64,000 nucleotides of DNA from Myxococcota bacterium (GTDB lineage Bacteria > Myxococcota_A > UBA796 > UBA2385), in NCBI GenBank assembly GCA_044344255.1, contig JBIJDH010000021.1, positions 84,045 to 148,044 on the forward strand, written 5' to 3'. Positions 20,948 through 30,127 of the stretch are shown here, piece after piece. The notes beneath the pieces were generated by a model. The model was not told where the DNA came from. It worked only from the letters and a program-made list of their open reading frames with translations, and made no database searches. The position numbers and the translations under genes were made by a program. Numbering within the stretch: position 1 is the stretch's first letter; each line of letters begins with the position of its first letter.

Positions 20948-21739
20948 TCAGCCGCGCCCGAGGTGGTGGAGCAGCGGCCCGGCCCCCGCGCCGAGGCCGT
21001 GCTCCGCCGAGGCCGCGAGGAGCTCAGCGACGAACTGGATCGCGCCGCCGACCGCCTCGACCAGCGGCTCCCCGCGGGCGAGGCGGGCGGTGAGGGCGGC
21101 GGCGAGGGTGCAGCCCGTCCCGTGGGTGTTTCGGGTGGTCAGGCGAGGGTGGGCCCAGGCGGCCTCGGAGCCGTCGGGGAGGTAGAGGCGGTCGACCACC
21201 TCGGCCCCCTCGCCGTGACCGTCCTTGAGCAGGAGCGCGACCCCCTGCCGACGGGCCCACTCACGCGGCGGGCCCAGGACGAGGATGCGGGCCTCGTGGG
21301 TGTTCGGCGTCACGACGGTCGCGAGCGGCAGCAGGGCCTCGAGGATCGCGCCCACGGCCTCGTCGTCGAGGAGGCGGTGACCGGAGGTGGAGACCATCAC
21401 AGGGTCGAGCACGAGCGGGACGCGGAGGCCCCGGAGGCCCAGGGCGACGGCGCGCACGATGGGCCCGTCCTTCAGCATCCCGGTCTTGACGGCGCCGGGC
21501 GGGATGTCCTGCCTCACCATGCGGAGCTGCTCGGTCACGAAGTCCGGGGGCACCGCATGAACGGCCGACACTCCGGTGGTGTTCTGCGCGGTGAGGGCCG
21601 TGATCACGGCCATCCCGTAGACCCCGTGGGCGGCGAAGGTCTTGAGGTCGGCCTGGACGCCGGCGCCGCCGCTCGGGTCGGAGCCAGCGACGCTCAGCGC
21701 GACCGGGGTGGCGACGAGGGCGGGATTCGGCTGGAGCAC
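20948..21739 (-). CDS. thiD: Hydroxymethylpyrimidine/phosphomethylpyrimidine kinase
   Basis: AGSDPSGGAGVQADLKTF, ITALTAQNT, VKTGML, LDPVM, TPN and NTHGTGCT; GTG start after GGAGG. Confidence 0.95.
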   Translation of the reverse strand: MLQPNPALVATPVALSVAGSDPSGGAGVQADLKTFAAHGVYGMAVITALTAQNTTGVSAVHAVPPDFVTEQLRMVRQDIPPGAVKTGMLKDGPIVRAVALGLRGLRVPLVLDPVMVSTSGHRLLDDEAVGAILEALLPLATVVTPNTHEARILVLGPPREWARRQGVALLLKDGHGEGAEVVDRLYLPDGSEAAWAHPRLTTRNTHGTGCTLAAALTARLARGEPLVEAVGGAIQFVAELLAASAEHGLGAGAGPLLHHLGRG

Positions 21740-21782
21740 GGGCACCTCCGCGGCGGGCGTATCCCAGACCTGGGGCCCGAGT

Positions 21783-21889
21783 GTGGGGCACCGGCGCCCC
21801 GCAGTGGGACATCGATGCCCCACTCTCTGGGGCGGACAAACCGTGAAAGGCTGACAAATTACAGATCGAGGCCTGGATCGATCTGTGCA
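21783..21889 (+). promoter_or_regulatory. Probable sigma54 promoter with tandem upstream palindromes
   Basis: Two imperfect 20-bp palindromes (GTGGGGCA-N4-TGCCCCAC consensus) at 21783-21802 and 21804-21823. TGGATCGATCTGTGCA (GG-N10-GC) at 21874-21889, overlapped by the inverted repeat ACAGATCGA-N8-TCGATCTGT (21861-21886). Confidence 0.5.
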
Positions 21890-21917
21890 ATGCTGTTGTT
21901 CGACCCGAGGAGCGCCC

Positions 21918-23432
21918 ATGTCCCTGTCGCACGCCACGCAGAGCTCCCGCAGCCACGGCCCCCTCAGCCACGGCCCCGCCGCCGCGAGCGGCGCCCGCGG
22001 GGCGGGCGGCCCGGGGATGAGCGCCGCGAAGCGCCCCGCCTCGGGCCCCTTCGGGAACGGCGCGCTGAACGAGGCCCTCTCCTCCGCCTTCGGCCGCTCC
22101 CTCGGCGGGCTGGACGCCGCCTTTGGGCAGGGCGGCGAGAACAAGGCGATGGGCGCCCAGGCGAGCACCGCCGGGCGCTCGATGTCCTTCGGCGCCGGGG
22201 TCTCCGAGGACTCGATGGACGGCGCCTCGCTCGAGGCCATCGGCCACGAGGCCGCCCACGCCCTCGCAGGCGGCGGGTCGGGCAAGCACGGCATCGACCA
22301 GAAGGGCGACGCCGGCGAGCGGAAGGCCGACACCGCGGGCAAGCGCTTCCGCGCCTGGGGAGAGCGGGGCTTCGAGGGCCCGGCGCCCAAGCTGGAGCCC
22401 GCCCATGGCGGCCAGGCCGAGGTCCACCGCAAGCCCGACAGCGCGGGCGTGACGCTCACGGGCGTCCCGGCGCTTCAGCGCGGCAGCTCCGGCTCGCTCG
22501 TCAAGGAGCTGCAGCGGCTGCTCAACCTGCACGGCGCCCGCCTCGACCTCGACGGCGACTTCGGCCGCAACACATCTTACGCCGTCATGAACTTCCAGTC
22601 CGACCATGGCCTCCTGGCGGACGGGGTGGTCGGCCCGAAGACGGCGGCCTCGCTCGAGGGTTCGGGCGGCAGCAGCGCCAGCGGCGGCTCCAGTGGCAGC
22701 ACCTCCTCCTCCTCTGGCGGCTCGCTCGACGGCAAGCCCGCGCTGCAGCAAGGCAGCAAGGGGAGCCTCGTCAAGAAGGCCCAGGAGCTGTTGAACAAGT
22801 ACGGCGCGGACGTCGATGCCGACGGTGTCTTCGGCGCGCTCACCGCCTCCGCCGTGCGCTCCTTCCAGTCGGCCAACGGGCTCGACCGCGACGGCGTCAT
22901 CGGCCCCGGCACCGCCGCCAAGCTCACGAGCGGCAAGGCGAACCAGATCAGCAGCGGGGGGGGGGGCTCCGGCGACAGCGGCGGGTCCTACGCCGGCAAC
23001 GACGCCTACGACAGCATGCGCGACGCCGTGCTCGCCGCCGCCAAGTCCCACATGGGCGCCCGCTACTACTGGGGCGCCGACGGGCCGTCGATGTTCGACT
23101 GCTCGGGGCTCGTCCTCTACGTGCTGCGCCAGGACACCGGCCTCGTGAACTGGGGCGACGACACCGCCCAGGGCATCCGCAACCGGGTGTCGAGCACGAA
23201 GAACCCCAAGAAGGGTGACTTTGTCTTCTCGCTGTCCGGCGGCAGCGCCCAGCACATCCAGATCGCGACGGGCAGCGGCACGGGCACCATCGGCGCCAAC
23301 GGCGGTGGCAGCCGCACCAAGGGCGACGACCCCAACGCTCGGGTCAAGTACGGCGACTGGAGCCAGGACAGCCGCAAGATCGTCTTCGGCTCGATCGAAG
23401 AGATCATCGCCGCGAAGGCGAAGAAGAAGTAG
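21918..23432 (+). CDS. DUF4157 (eCIS-core)-like domain + two peptidoglycan-binding domains + NlpC/P60 peptidase
   Basis: IGHEAAHAL..GERKAD (DUF4157-like); two LQxGSxGxxVK..Q..LN..DGxFG..T..AV..FQ..GL..DGV.GP.T repeats; YYWGADGPSMFDCSGLV...QHIQI. No signal peptide. Confidence 0.8.
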   Translation: MSLSHATQSSRSHGPLSHGPAAASGARGAGGPGMSAAKRPASGPFGNGALNEALSSAFGRSLGGLDAAFGQGGENKAMGAQASTAGRSMSFGAGVSEDSMDGASLEAIGHEAAHALAGGGSGKHGIDQKGDAGERKADTAGKRFRAWGERGFEGPAPKLEPAHGGQAEVHRKPDSAGVTLTGVPALQRGSSGSLVKELQRLLNLHGARLDLDGDFGRNTSYAVMNFQSDHGLLADGVVGPKTAASLEGSGGSSASGGSSGSTSSSSGGSLDGKPALQQGSKGSLVKKAQELLNKYGADVDADGVFGALTASAVRSFQSANGLDRDGVIGPGTAAKLTSGKANQISSGGGGSGDSGGSYAGNDAYDSMRDAVLAAAKSHMGARYYWGADGPSMFDCSGLVLYVLRQDTGLVNWGDDTAQGIRNRVSSTKNPKKGDFVFSLSGGSAQHIQIATGSGTGTIGANGGGSRTKGDDPNARVKYGDWSQDSRKIVFGSIEEIIAAKAKKK

Positions 23433-23470
23433 GCGGCCCGCGCCGCGCTCCTGCCCGCTCCACCCTCGCA

Positions 23471-24304
23471 TCAGTCGGAGAGGCCCCGCCCGAGGCGGAG
23501 CGCGACCAGCCAGGCGTCCAGCGCCTCGGGCTGGGGCGCCTCGGCCGGGAGGGCGGAGCGCGCGTGGGCCTGCTCCAGGGCCTGCAGGGCCGCGTCCATT
23601 CGGCCCCGCCAGTACGTGAATTCCTCAGTGGACAGCTCGGTCTGTTCGCCGCGCTGCTTGGTGTTGATGAGGTCCTGGGCGTCGGGGAAGCCGTAGGGGA
23701 GGGCGAGGCGGGAGAGGTCGAGCTCGAGCGCCCCCTCGAGCAGCAGGTGTGCGCCGGTGAGCGTGGTCCGCAGCACGTAGAGCACCCGCTTGGGGGTGGG
23801 CCGCCGCTCGGCCTCCTTCCGCTGGTTGTGGGCGAAGCCGCGGTAGTGGGCGTAAAAGCGCCGGTGGAGGTTCATCCGCAGCAGGGGCTGAAGGCCCTCG
23901 AGCGCGGGATCGGCCTGGAGCGTGACCGGGCCGAGCAGGCGCTCGAGGTAATTCCCGTTGCCGCCGAGGACGCCCGCGAGGGCCGCCCCCACCTCATTCG
24001 AGCTGTAGTCGAGCTCGATCCCGTCGACCACCTCGGTCTTCTCGGCGGTGGGCCCCGGTGGCCGGAGCCCGAGCAGGCCGCGGGTGGGGGCGACGTGGAC
24101 ACACTTGAGGTCGATGTCGCTGCCGGGTGAGGGAAAGCCGAACACATGGGAGCCGGAGAGGGCTACGACGAGGTGATGGCGCTCCGCCTCTCGGGCGAGG
24201 AGCCAGGGCGTGATGACGGCGCGCTCCGCGGGGCTGAGCGGGGCGTGGGAGAGCCCGGGGGTGACCATCTCGGGTGCGACGATCGGGGGGAGTGGAGCGG
24301 ACAT
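23471..24304 (-). CDS. Pol-beta-superfamily nucleotidyltransferase (RlaP/YcgL-like)
   Basis: SGSHVFGFPSPGSDIDLK, GNGNYLERL, HYRGFA and KRVLYVLR. Confidence 0.85.
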   Translation of the reverse strand: MSAPLPPIVAPEMVTPGLSHAPLSPAERAVITPWLLAREAERHHLVVALSGSHVFGFPSPGSDIDLKCVHVAPTRGLLGLRPPGPTAEKTEVVDGIELDYSSNEVGAALAGVLGGNGNYLERLLGPVTLQADPALEGLQPLLRMNLHRRFYAHYRGFAHNQRKEAERRPTPKRVLYVLRTTLTGAHLLLEGALELDLSRLALPYGFPDAQDLINTKQRGEQTELSTEEFTYWRGRMDAALQALEQAHARSALPAEAPQPEALDAWLVALRLGRGLSD

Positions 24305-24347
24305 GCGGGGCCTCTCGCGTTTTCATGTCCTACGGGACCGGGGACTG

Positions 24348-25613
24348 CTACCCTTGGGGCGGGGTGGGCGGCGGCGGCGCCTCGGCGCCCCAGGGCCCGG
24401 GGGCCTGGTCGAGCCAGCGACGGGCAACCTCGTCTCCGGTGCGGCGCAGCAGGCCGTCGATGCGGTCGAGGTCGGGGCCGAGGGGGAGGTGGGGCTCGTG
24501 GCGGGCGGCCTCGAGGCGGGGGGTGAGGGCCTCGGCCTGCACGAGCACCGCCTCGAGCTCCACCTCGCCGTTCTTGATGGCCAGGAGCTGATCGCGGAGC
24601 GGCCCCTCCACGCGGAGCTGGGCCCGGCCCGTCTCCATCCAGCGAATGGCCGTCCAGATCAGCCGCAGCAGATTGTAGGCGTTCTTCGGTCGCAGCGTGC
24701 GGGGGAGGTCAAAGTCGGCGCTGCGCTCGCGGGCGAAGGTGACGAAGGCCGACCAGTCCCGCGCGCTCAGGAGCCCCTGGTCATAGAGGGAGGAGTAGAC
24801 CTGCTTGATGTAGTCCTTACAGTGTGCGCGGTGCTCTCCGGGGCGCCGCCCCTCGGCGGGGGCGTGCAGGGCGAGGCGGGTGGCCACCTGATCGAGGTCG
24901 AGGCCGGGCTCGGCGCGCAGCCAGTCGAGCAGGACGGCGCGGTGCTCGGCGAGGCGCAGGCCGGACTGGAGCCGGTGGAGCTGGGAGAGGGCGTATCGGC
25001 CGAAGCTGCCGTAGATCTCCCGGCTGACGAAGGCCTCTCGGTGGCGGAGCAGCTCCTCGCCCAGGGGGTCGATCGCGCGGGCTTCCTCGACGAAGAGCAT
25101 CTCGAGCGTGTTCGGGTCGGCCGACAGGGCCTGTCGCACCGCCTTGTCGAGCGCCCACAGGGTCGTGCTGCCGTCGGCGCTGATGAGGTCGGCGGGGGGC
25201 TGGACGAGGCCCTGGGTCCACGGGAAGGGGAGGGCGAAGACGCCGCGCAGGTCGGTGTCGCTGCCCTCGTGGGAGAGGCCCCAGGCCCGCGAGCCCACGG
25301 TGGAGAGCAGCACGGCGTTCCCCCGCAGGGCCGTCCAAGCAGCGTCACGGTGGATGGCGTAGCGGAGCTGACCGAGCTTGCGCGGGACGAGCTCCTCTCG
25401 GCGATAGCGCAGCACGCCGACGCCGACGAGGGCCACGTCGATGCCGGCCTCTCCGTGCAGGGCCACCACCCGGCCGACAGAGCCCTGGGGCACCTTGCGG
25501 GCCTCGGGCCCCTCCCCGAGCCAGCGGTCGACGCGGGTGCCCACCTCCGTGCCGTGGGGCAGCGGGACGGCGAGGGGGTCGATGTCTTGGAGGGCGCTGA
25601 GGCGGGGCTTCAT
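24348..25613 (-). CDS. Pol-beta-superfamily nucleotidyltransferase (RlaP-like) with an N-terminal beta extension
   Basis: VGSRAWGLSHEGSDTDLRGVF, ADPNTLEMLF, SFGRYALSQL, KNAYNLLRL and LLAIKNGE. Confidence 0.85.
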   Translation of the reverse strand: MKPRLSALQDIDPLAVPLPHGTEVGTRVDRWLGEGPEARKVPQGSVGRVVALHGEAGIDVALVGVGVLRYRREELVPRKLGQLRYAIHRDAAWTALRGNAVLLSTVGSRAWGLSHEGSDTDLRGVFALPFPWTQGLVQPPADLISADGSTTLWALDKAVRQALSADPNTLEMLFVEEARAIDPLGEELLRHREAFVSREIYGSFGRYALSQLHRLQSGLRLAEHRAVLLDWLRAEPGLDLDQVATRLALHAPAEGRRPGEHRAHCKDYIKQVYSSLYDQGLLSARDWSAFVTFARERSADFDLPRTLRPKNAYNLLRLIWTAIRWMETGRAQLRVEGPLRDQLLAIKNGEVELEAVLVQAEALTPRLEAARHEPHLPLGPDLDRIDGLLRRTGDEVARRWLDQAPGPWGAEAPPPPTPPQG

Positions 25614-25693
25614 GGTGCGCCATGTCTATCCCGCGCCGGCCGGTCCTCCAGGCGGCGCGGCCGGGTCGGGTTACGCTCGCTGAGGGGCGTCGG

Positions 25694-26388
25694 ATGTCCA
25701 GCGTTCAACGTCGTGTCGTCGCCTGTCTCGCCCTTGGGGTGGCGGTCGCGGGCTGGTGGTCGCTGAGTCGCCCGACGTGGGCCTCGACGCGCCCTGTGTC
25801 GTCACCGAGCGCTTCGACGACCGGGCGGACGGTTCGTTTAACCGCGCCACCCGCCGCGCCTACGACGAGGAGGGGACGCTCCTCGAGACGCTGTTTGACG
25901 GCCAGGCCGACGGCGTCTGGGACTCCCGCACCACCGAGGTGGAGCACCCCGACGGCTACTGGGTCGAGCTCTATGACCTCTCCCTCGACGGCACCCTGGA
26001 CGGCCTGTCGGCCGCCACCTACGACACCCTCGGCCGACTGGAGCGCGTAGACGCGGACTATGACGGCGACGGGCTCATCGACGCGCACACCACCCACACC
26101 TGGGAGGGAGACCGCGAGACGGTGGAGATCGATTGGGCGCGAGACGGGGTGATCGAGCACCGGCTCGTCTATCCGTGGAGCTATTCCTACGACGCTGCGG
26201 GGGCCCTGTCGATCGTCGACCAGGACGACTACGCCAACGACGTCATCGATCTCCGCGCCACCTACACGCGAGACGCCCTCGGGCGGCGACTGAGCGAAGA
26301 CTGGGATCGCGAGGTCGACGGGGACGTCGACTGGCGCACGGAGTACACGATAGTCTGTGGCGACCAGCTCCCACCCGAGCCCGGATAG
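25694..26388 (+). pseudogene. Lipoprotein with YD-like / DxDGDGxxD repeats; apparent 1-nt frameshift at the lipobox (~25755)
   Basis: Signal peptide MSSVQRRVVACLALGVAVAG is in one frame; the mature domain (YDEEG, YDTLGRL, DYDGDGLID, YDAAG) is in the frame of 25756-26388. One extra base would restore VAG-C-VVAESP. Confidence 0.6.
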
Positions 26389-26419
26389 GCGGCGGCGGCG
26401 GCGGCGGCGCCCGGGCGCC

Positions 26420-27013
26420 TCAGGGGCGCGGGCGGAGGAGCTCGTGGTCGAGGTGGGCCCGCACAGTGGGCCACTCGGCCGCGGTGATGCTGTAGACCAC
26501 CGTGTCGCGCACCGTGCCGTTGGGCATGACCGTGTGGGCGCGGAGCACCCCGTCCTGCTGAGCGCCGAGCCGCTCGATGCCGGCGCGGCTCGCCTGGTTG
26601 AAGAGGTGGGTGCGGAACTCGACCGCGATGCAGTCGAGCCCCTCAAAGGCGTGGCCGAGCAGGAGCCGCTTGCATTGGGTGTTCACCGCGGTGCGCTGGA
26701 CGCGCCGACGGTACCAGGTGGAGCCGATCTCCAGCCGCCGGTTCACCCGATCGATGTTCATGTAGGTGGTCATGCCGCAGGGCCGGCCCGACTCCGCGTC
26801 GATCACCGTAAAGGGCAGCATGGTGCCGCGGGCCTGAAGCGCCAGCCGCCGCTCAATCTCAGGGGCCATGCCCTCGGGATCGGGGATGACCGTGTACCAG
26901 AGGCGCCAGAGCTCTCCGTCGCGGACCGCCTCCACGAGGTCGTCGTGATGGGTGGGGTGGAGGGGCACGAGGCTCGCGTGGCGGCCGACGAGCGCGATGG
27001 CTTGGGGGTTCAG
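26420..27013 (-). CDS. GNAT N-acetyltransferase (RimJ/RimL family)
   Basis: LEIGSTWY..VQRTAVNTQCKRLLL.HAFE...VEFRTH..NQASRAGIERLGA..DGVLR. Start uncertain (CTG after GGAGG used). Confidence 0.9.
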   Translation of the reverse strand: MNPQAIALVGRHASLVPLHPTHHDDLVEAVRDGELWRLWYTVIPDPEGMAPEIERRLALQARGTMLPFTVIDAESGRPCGMTTYMNIDRVNRRLEIGSTWYRRRVQRTAVNTQCKRLLLGHAFEGLDCIAVEFRTHLFNQASRAGIERLGAQQDGVLRAHTVMPNGTVRDTVVYSITAAEWPTVRAHLDHELLRPRP

Positions 27014-27053
27014 GGGGGCCTCCGACGGTAAACGGTGACGCGGGGCGCTCCGC

Positions 27054-28097
27054 TCAGCCGCCCGTGTCTGCCCCGCCGGTCTCCCCGGCGAGGCGCTGCC
27101 CGAGGCGGTGGAGCGCGGCCTGGACCTCGGGCTGGTCGAAGTAGTCGCTGCCCAGCGATCCGTCGGCCCAGCGCTCCTCGGCGTCATACTCCCAGTTGAG
27201 GAACATGCTGCAGCCGGGGGTGGCGGAGAGGACGTCGCCGTATCGCACGATCTCTTCGGCGGACATCGCGTAGCGACCCTCCTCCCAGCCCGGCTGCCCG
27301 CTCGAGCCGTCGCCGCCGTTGGCCATGTTCAGACCCATGATCAGGCCCACGCCCAGCGACGCGGCGGCGGCCTCCTGCGCCTGCGCGTAGCCTTCGACCG
27401 ACCCCTCCTGCGAGAGGTACTGGTTCACGCTGGCGTCGAGGTGGGTGTAGCGGCCCCCCTCGGGCACCGGCAGGTCATCGGCGTTGGCGCGCACCAGCAC
27501 CGGTAGGCCGGGCAGCAGCTCCTCGCTGTAACGAGCCAGCTCGTCGAGCTCGGCGGCGGTGGGCCCCTCCCCGTCGAACTGGTCAATGTCGTCGAGCAGC
27601 ATGTGCGTGGCCAAGGTGCCGTCGTCGATGAAGTCCTGAACGCCCGAGCCGGCCCAGGGGTCGAGCATCGCCTTCCAGGCCTCGATGTCGAAGTCACCCT
27701 CGTGGTTCGTGTAGAACGCGTGGTCTCCGACGAGGCGCAGGTTCACGCGCAGGCCGCTCTCCCGCACCATCGGCAGGAGCTCCTCCACGCCGTACTCGGG
27801 GTGCCGGGTGGCGGTGTGGAAGTGCGTGAGGCCGAACCGATCGCGGAGCTCCGCCAGCCCCTCGGCGGACACGAAGCCGTTGAGGCCCCAGAAGCCGTAG
27901 GGGATGGGGGTGACCGCGGGGAGCGGCACCTCGGAGGCGGAGCCCCCGCTGTCTCCGCCGAGGTCGCCCGTGCCGAAGCTCCCCTTGACCGGCCCACAGG
28001 CCAGGAGCAGCAGAGAGCCGAGGCACAGGGTGGGCGCCACCGCCGTGGTGGCGGTGCGGCGACGCGGGGTGTCGAGTGAGGGCACTCGGGGCTTCAT
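27054..28097 (-). CDS. Hypothetical lipoprotein, possibly a glycoside-hydrolase-like TIM barrel
   Basis: Lipobox LLAC; alternating alpha/beta pattern with aromatic and acidic residues; no recognisable family motif. Confidence 0.65.
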   Translation of the reverse strand: MKPRVPSLDTPRRRTATTAVAPTLCLGSLLLLACGPVKGSFGTGDLGGDSGGSASEVPLPAVTPIPYGFWGLNGFVSAEGLAELRDRFGLTHFHTATRHPEYGVEELLPMVRESGLRVNLRLVGDHAFYTNHEGDFDIEAWKAMLDPWAGSGVQDFIDDGTLATHMLLDDIDQFDGEGPTAAELDELARYSEELLPGLPVLVRANADDLPVPEGGRYTHLDASVNQYLSQEGSVEGYAQAQEAAAASLGVGLIMGLNMANGGDGSSGQPGWEEGRYAMSAEEIVRYGDVLSATPGCSMFLNWEYDAEERWADGSLGSDYFDQPEVQAALHRLGQRLAGETGGADTGG

Positions 28098-28160
28098 GGG
28101 GTCTGGTGCTCGGAGGGTGGTCTGCTGTACATGCCACGGAATTGCGGTGGTGTCACCCAT

Positions 28161-29039
28161 CTATCGGGGGGTTGGGGAGGACGACGGAGCACGATCGAGG
28201 CGGTTGTAGCTCCCGGCCGTCCAGACCTCATGCTTCACCCGCGCCGGCAGCCGATCGAAGAGGGGGCGCAGCCAGGCAGAGAGGGGGAGCGGCCGGCCGA
28301 GGCGGGCGCCCGCGTAGCCGAGCGGGCAGCGCTCACCGATCGCCCAGCCCCAGGCGGCGAAGGACCCCTCCCAGTCGCCCGGGCTGAAGCGGAGCGGCGT
28401 CTCGCGCAGCGCGCGGCCGTGCCTCATTACGCGGGTGGCGAGGAGGAAGCGGCGGGTCACCTCATCGACGATCCAGGAGGCGAAGGTGACCTGGGCGTGG
28501 AGGTCTCTGGCCAGCTCGGCCACCGCGGTATTGTGGAGGTAGGGCAGCACCCCCTCGGTGAGCACGAGCGTGCGCCGCGACTCGGCGCCGATCGCCTCGA
28601 AGAGGCGGGCCCGGGCGCGCCGATCGGAGAGGTCGAGGCCGTGGCGCTCCACCCGACAGGCGGCGGGGCGCCCGGAGAGGCGGGCCTCCTTGAAGGAGAT
28701 CGTCGCCGGGAAGTCGACCTCCACCCAGCGGAGGGAGGCGGGCAGCGCGAGGCGATAAGGGCGGGTGTCGAGGCCGGCCCCGAGGTTGAGCACCGTGTCG
28801 CAGCCCGCGCGGAGGGCGCCCGCGAGCAGCTCGTCGATGACCACGGTGCGGATCGCGATCGCCCAGGCGACGTTCGGATCGTCGCCGACCCCTGCGAGGA
28901 TCGTGCGGCCTCGGCCCTCGACGAGGCAGGAGACGGCCTCATCGACGAAGAGGGCGTCGGGGCGGGCGCTCTCGACCTCTCGGAGGGCCGCCACCCAGAA
29001 GGCGGTGTCGGAGACGTCGTGGATGGGGCTGTCGGGCAT
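28161..29039 (-). CDS. SAM-dependent methyltransferase, leucine-carboxyl-MTase (LCM)-like
   Basis: VSDTAFWVAALR..ES.RPDALF.D, RTVVID, LNLGAGLDTRPYRL, EVD and TEGVLPYL. Confidence 0.9.
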   Translation of the reverse strand: MPDSPIHDVSDTAFWVAALREVESARPDALFVDEAVSCLVEGRGRTILAGVGDDPNVAWAIAIRTVVIDELLAGALRAGCDTVLNLGAGLDTRPYRLALPASLRWVEVDFPATISFKEARLSGRPAACRVERHGLDLSDRRARARLFEAIGAESRRTLVLTEGVLPYLHNTAVAELARDLHAQVTFASWIVDEVTRRFLLATRVMRHGRALRETPLRFSPGDWEGSFAAWGWAIGERCPLGYAGARLGRPLPLSAWLRPLFDRLPARVKHEVWTAGSYNRLDRAPSSSPTPR

Positions 29040-29047
29040 GGCGCTCC

Positions 29048-30127
29048 CTATCCGGTCGAGCGGGACCCCTCTGGGAGCGGCGGAGGCCAGTGCGCCTCAC
29101 GATGGAGGTCGAAGCCGGCGAAGCGCAGCTCGGCGTAGCGGAGGAAGTCGAAGGGGATGGGCGACCAGGCCGCTTGCAGCACCGCCCAGCTCCCCCAGAA
29201 GAGGTGGTCGATGAGCACGAAGTGATCGACCAGCGCGGCGTGTCGGTCGAGCTCGGGGTGCTGGGGATCACCGAGCCAGTGGGCGACGAAGGCCCGGCGT
29301 CGTTCGGCGGAGGGGAAGTCACGCGCGAAGTCGGAGGCGAAGCCCGTGTGCTCGCAGAGGTGGTTGGCGAGGTCGAAGGCGGCGGGGGAGAGGTCGGCGT
29401 ACTCGAAGTCGACGAAGCGGATCTCCCCGCTCTCCTCGTGCAGCAGGATGTTCCCGCTCAGAAGGTCGTTGTGGGCCAGCACGGGGCGCATGCCGGGGTG
29501 GCCCTCCAGGCCCTCGAGCGCGGTGATGAGGGCCTCGAGGTCAGCGGCGCGGGACGGCAGCGAGAGGGCCTGTCGGCGGAGCTCGCGGTCGGGCTCGGGC
29601 AGCCGGAGCCCCTGGGCGGCGGTCATCCAGGCCCGCAGCCGGCCCCAGAGGCGGTGCCCGCCCTCCACCGGGGTGGCGTGCAGCCGAGCGAGGCAGGCGG
29701 CGATGGCATCGCTGTGATCGGCCATCTCCTGGGGGGCGAGCGGGCGGAAGCCCTCCCACCACTGCTCGATCCGCCCGCCCGGGAAGGCCCCGTAGACGGT
29801 CGGTGCCAGGCCGGCGGCGCCGAGGGTCTCGAGCCAGCGCCGCTCGCGCGCGCGGTCGATGACGAGCTCGGTGCGGGGGCCGAAGCGCCGCACCAGCAGC
29901 GGGGGCCGGCCGGGGGCGCGGAGCCGCCACAGCTCATTCGTGATGCCGCCGCCGACCGCGCTCACCTCCGCGGTCTCTGCGGAGGCCCAGCTCGGCACGA
30001 GGGCGCGGCAGAGCGCGAGCAGGGCCGCGGGGCTGGGCTCGGTGAGGGGCTCGGTGAGGGGCTCGGCGAGGGGCTCGGCGAGGGGCTCGGCGAGGGGCTC
30101 GGCGGGCTCGGGCCAGGGGTCGGTCAC
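29048..30127 (-). CDS. Choline/ethanolamine kinase
   Basis: GGITN, Brenner motif HNDLLSGNIL, FVDFEYA..FDLANHLCE and C-terminal HLFWGSWAVLQA..FDFLRYA..RF. N-terminal (EPLA/T) repeats. Confidence 0.9.
   Translation of the reverse strand: MTDPWPEPAEPLAEPLAEPLAEPLTEPLTEPSPAALLALCRALVPSWASAETAEVSAVGGGITNELWRLRAPGRPPLLVRRFGPRTELVIDRARERRWLETLGAAGLAPTVYGAFPGGRIEQWWEGFRPLAPQEMADHSDAIAACLARLHATPVEGGHRLWGRLRAWMTAAQGLRLPEPDRELRRQALSLPSRAADLEALITALEGLEGHPGMRPVLAHNDLLSGNILLHEESGEIRFVDFEYADLSPAAFDLANHLCEHTGFASDFARDFPSAERRRAFVAHWLGDPQHPELDRHAALVDHFVLIDHLFWGSWAVLQAAWSPIPFDFLRYAELRFAGFDLHREAHWPPPLPEGSRSTG

Noticed and set aside
21740..21840. TPP riboswitch upstream of thiD
   Set aside because: The conserved CUGAGA and ACCUGA elements are missing; the palindromes fit DNA-binding sites for the divergent gene better.
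21740..22459. Long N-terminal extension of ThiD in the 503-aa ORF call
   Set aside because: It overlaps the divergent promoter and the opposite-strand DUF4157-like gene; a GGAGG + GTG start at 21739 gives a normal-length ThiD.
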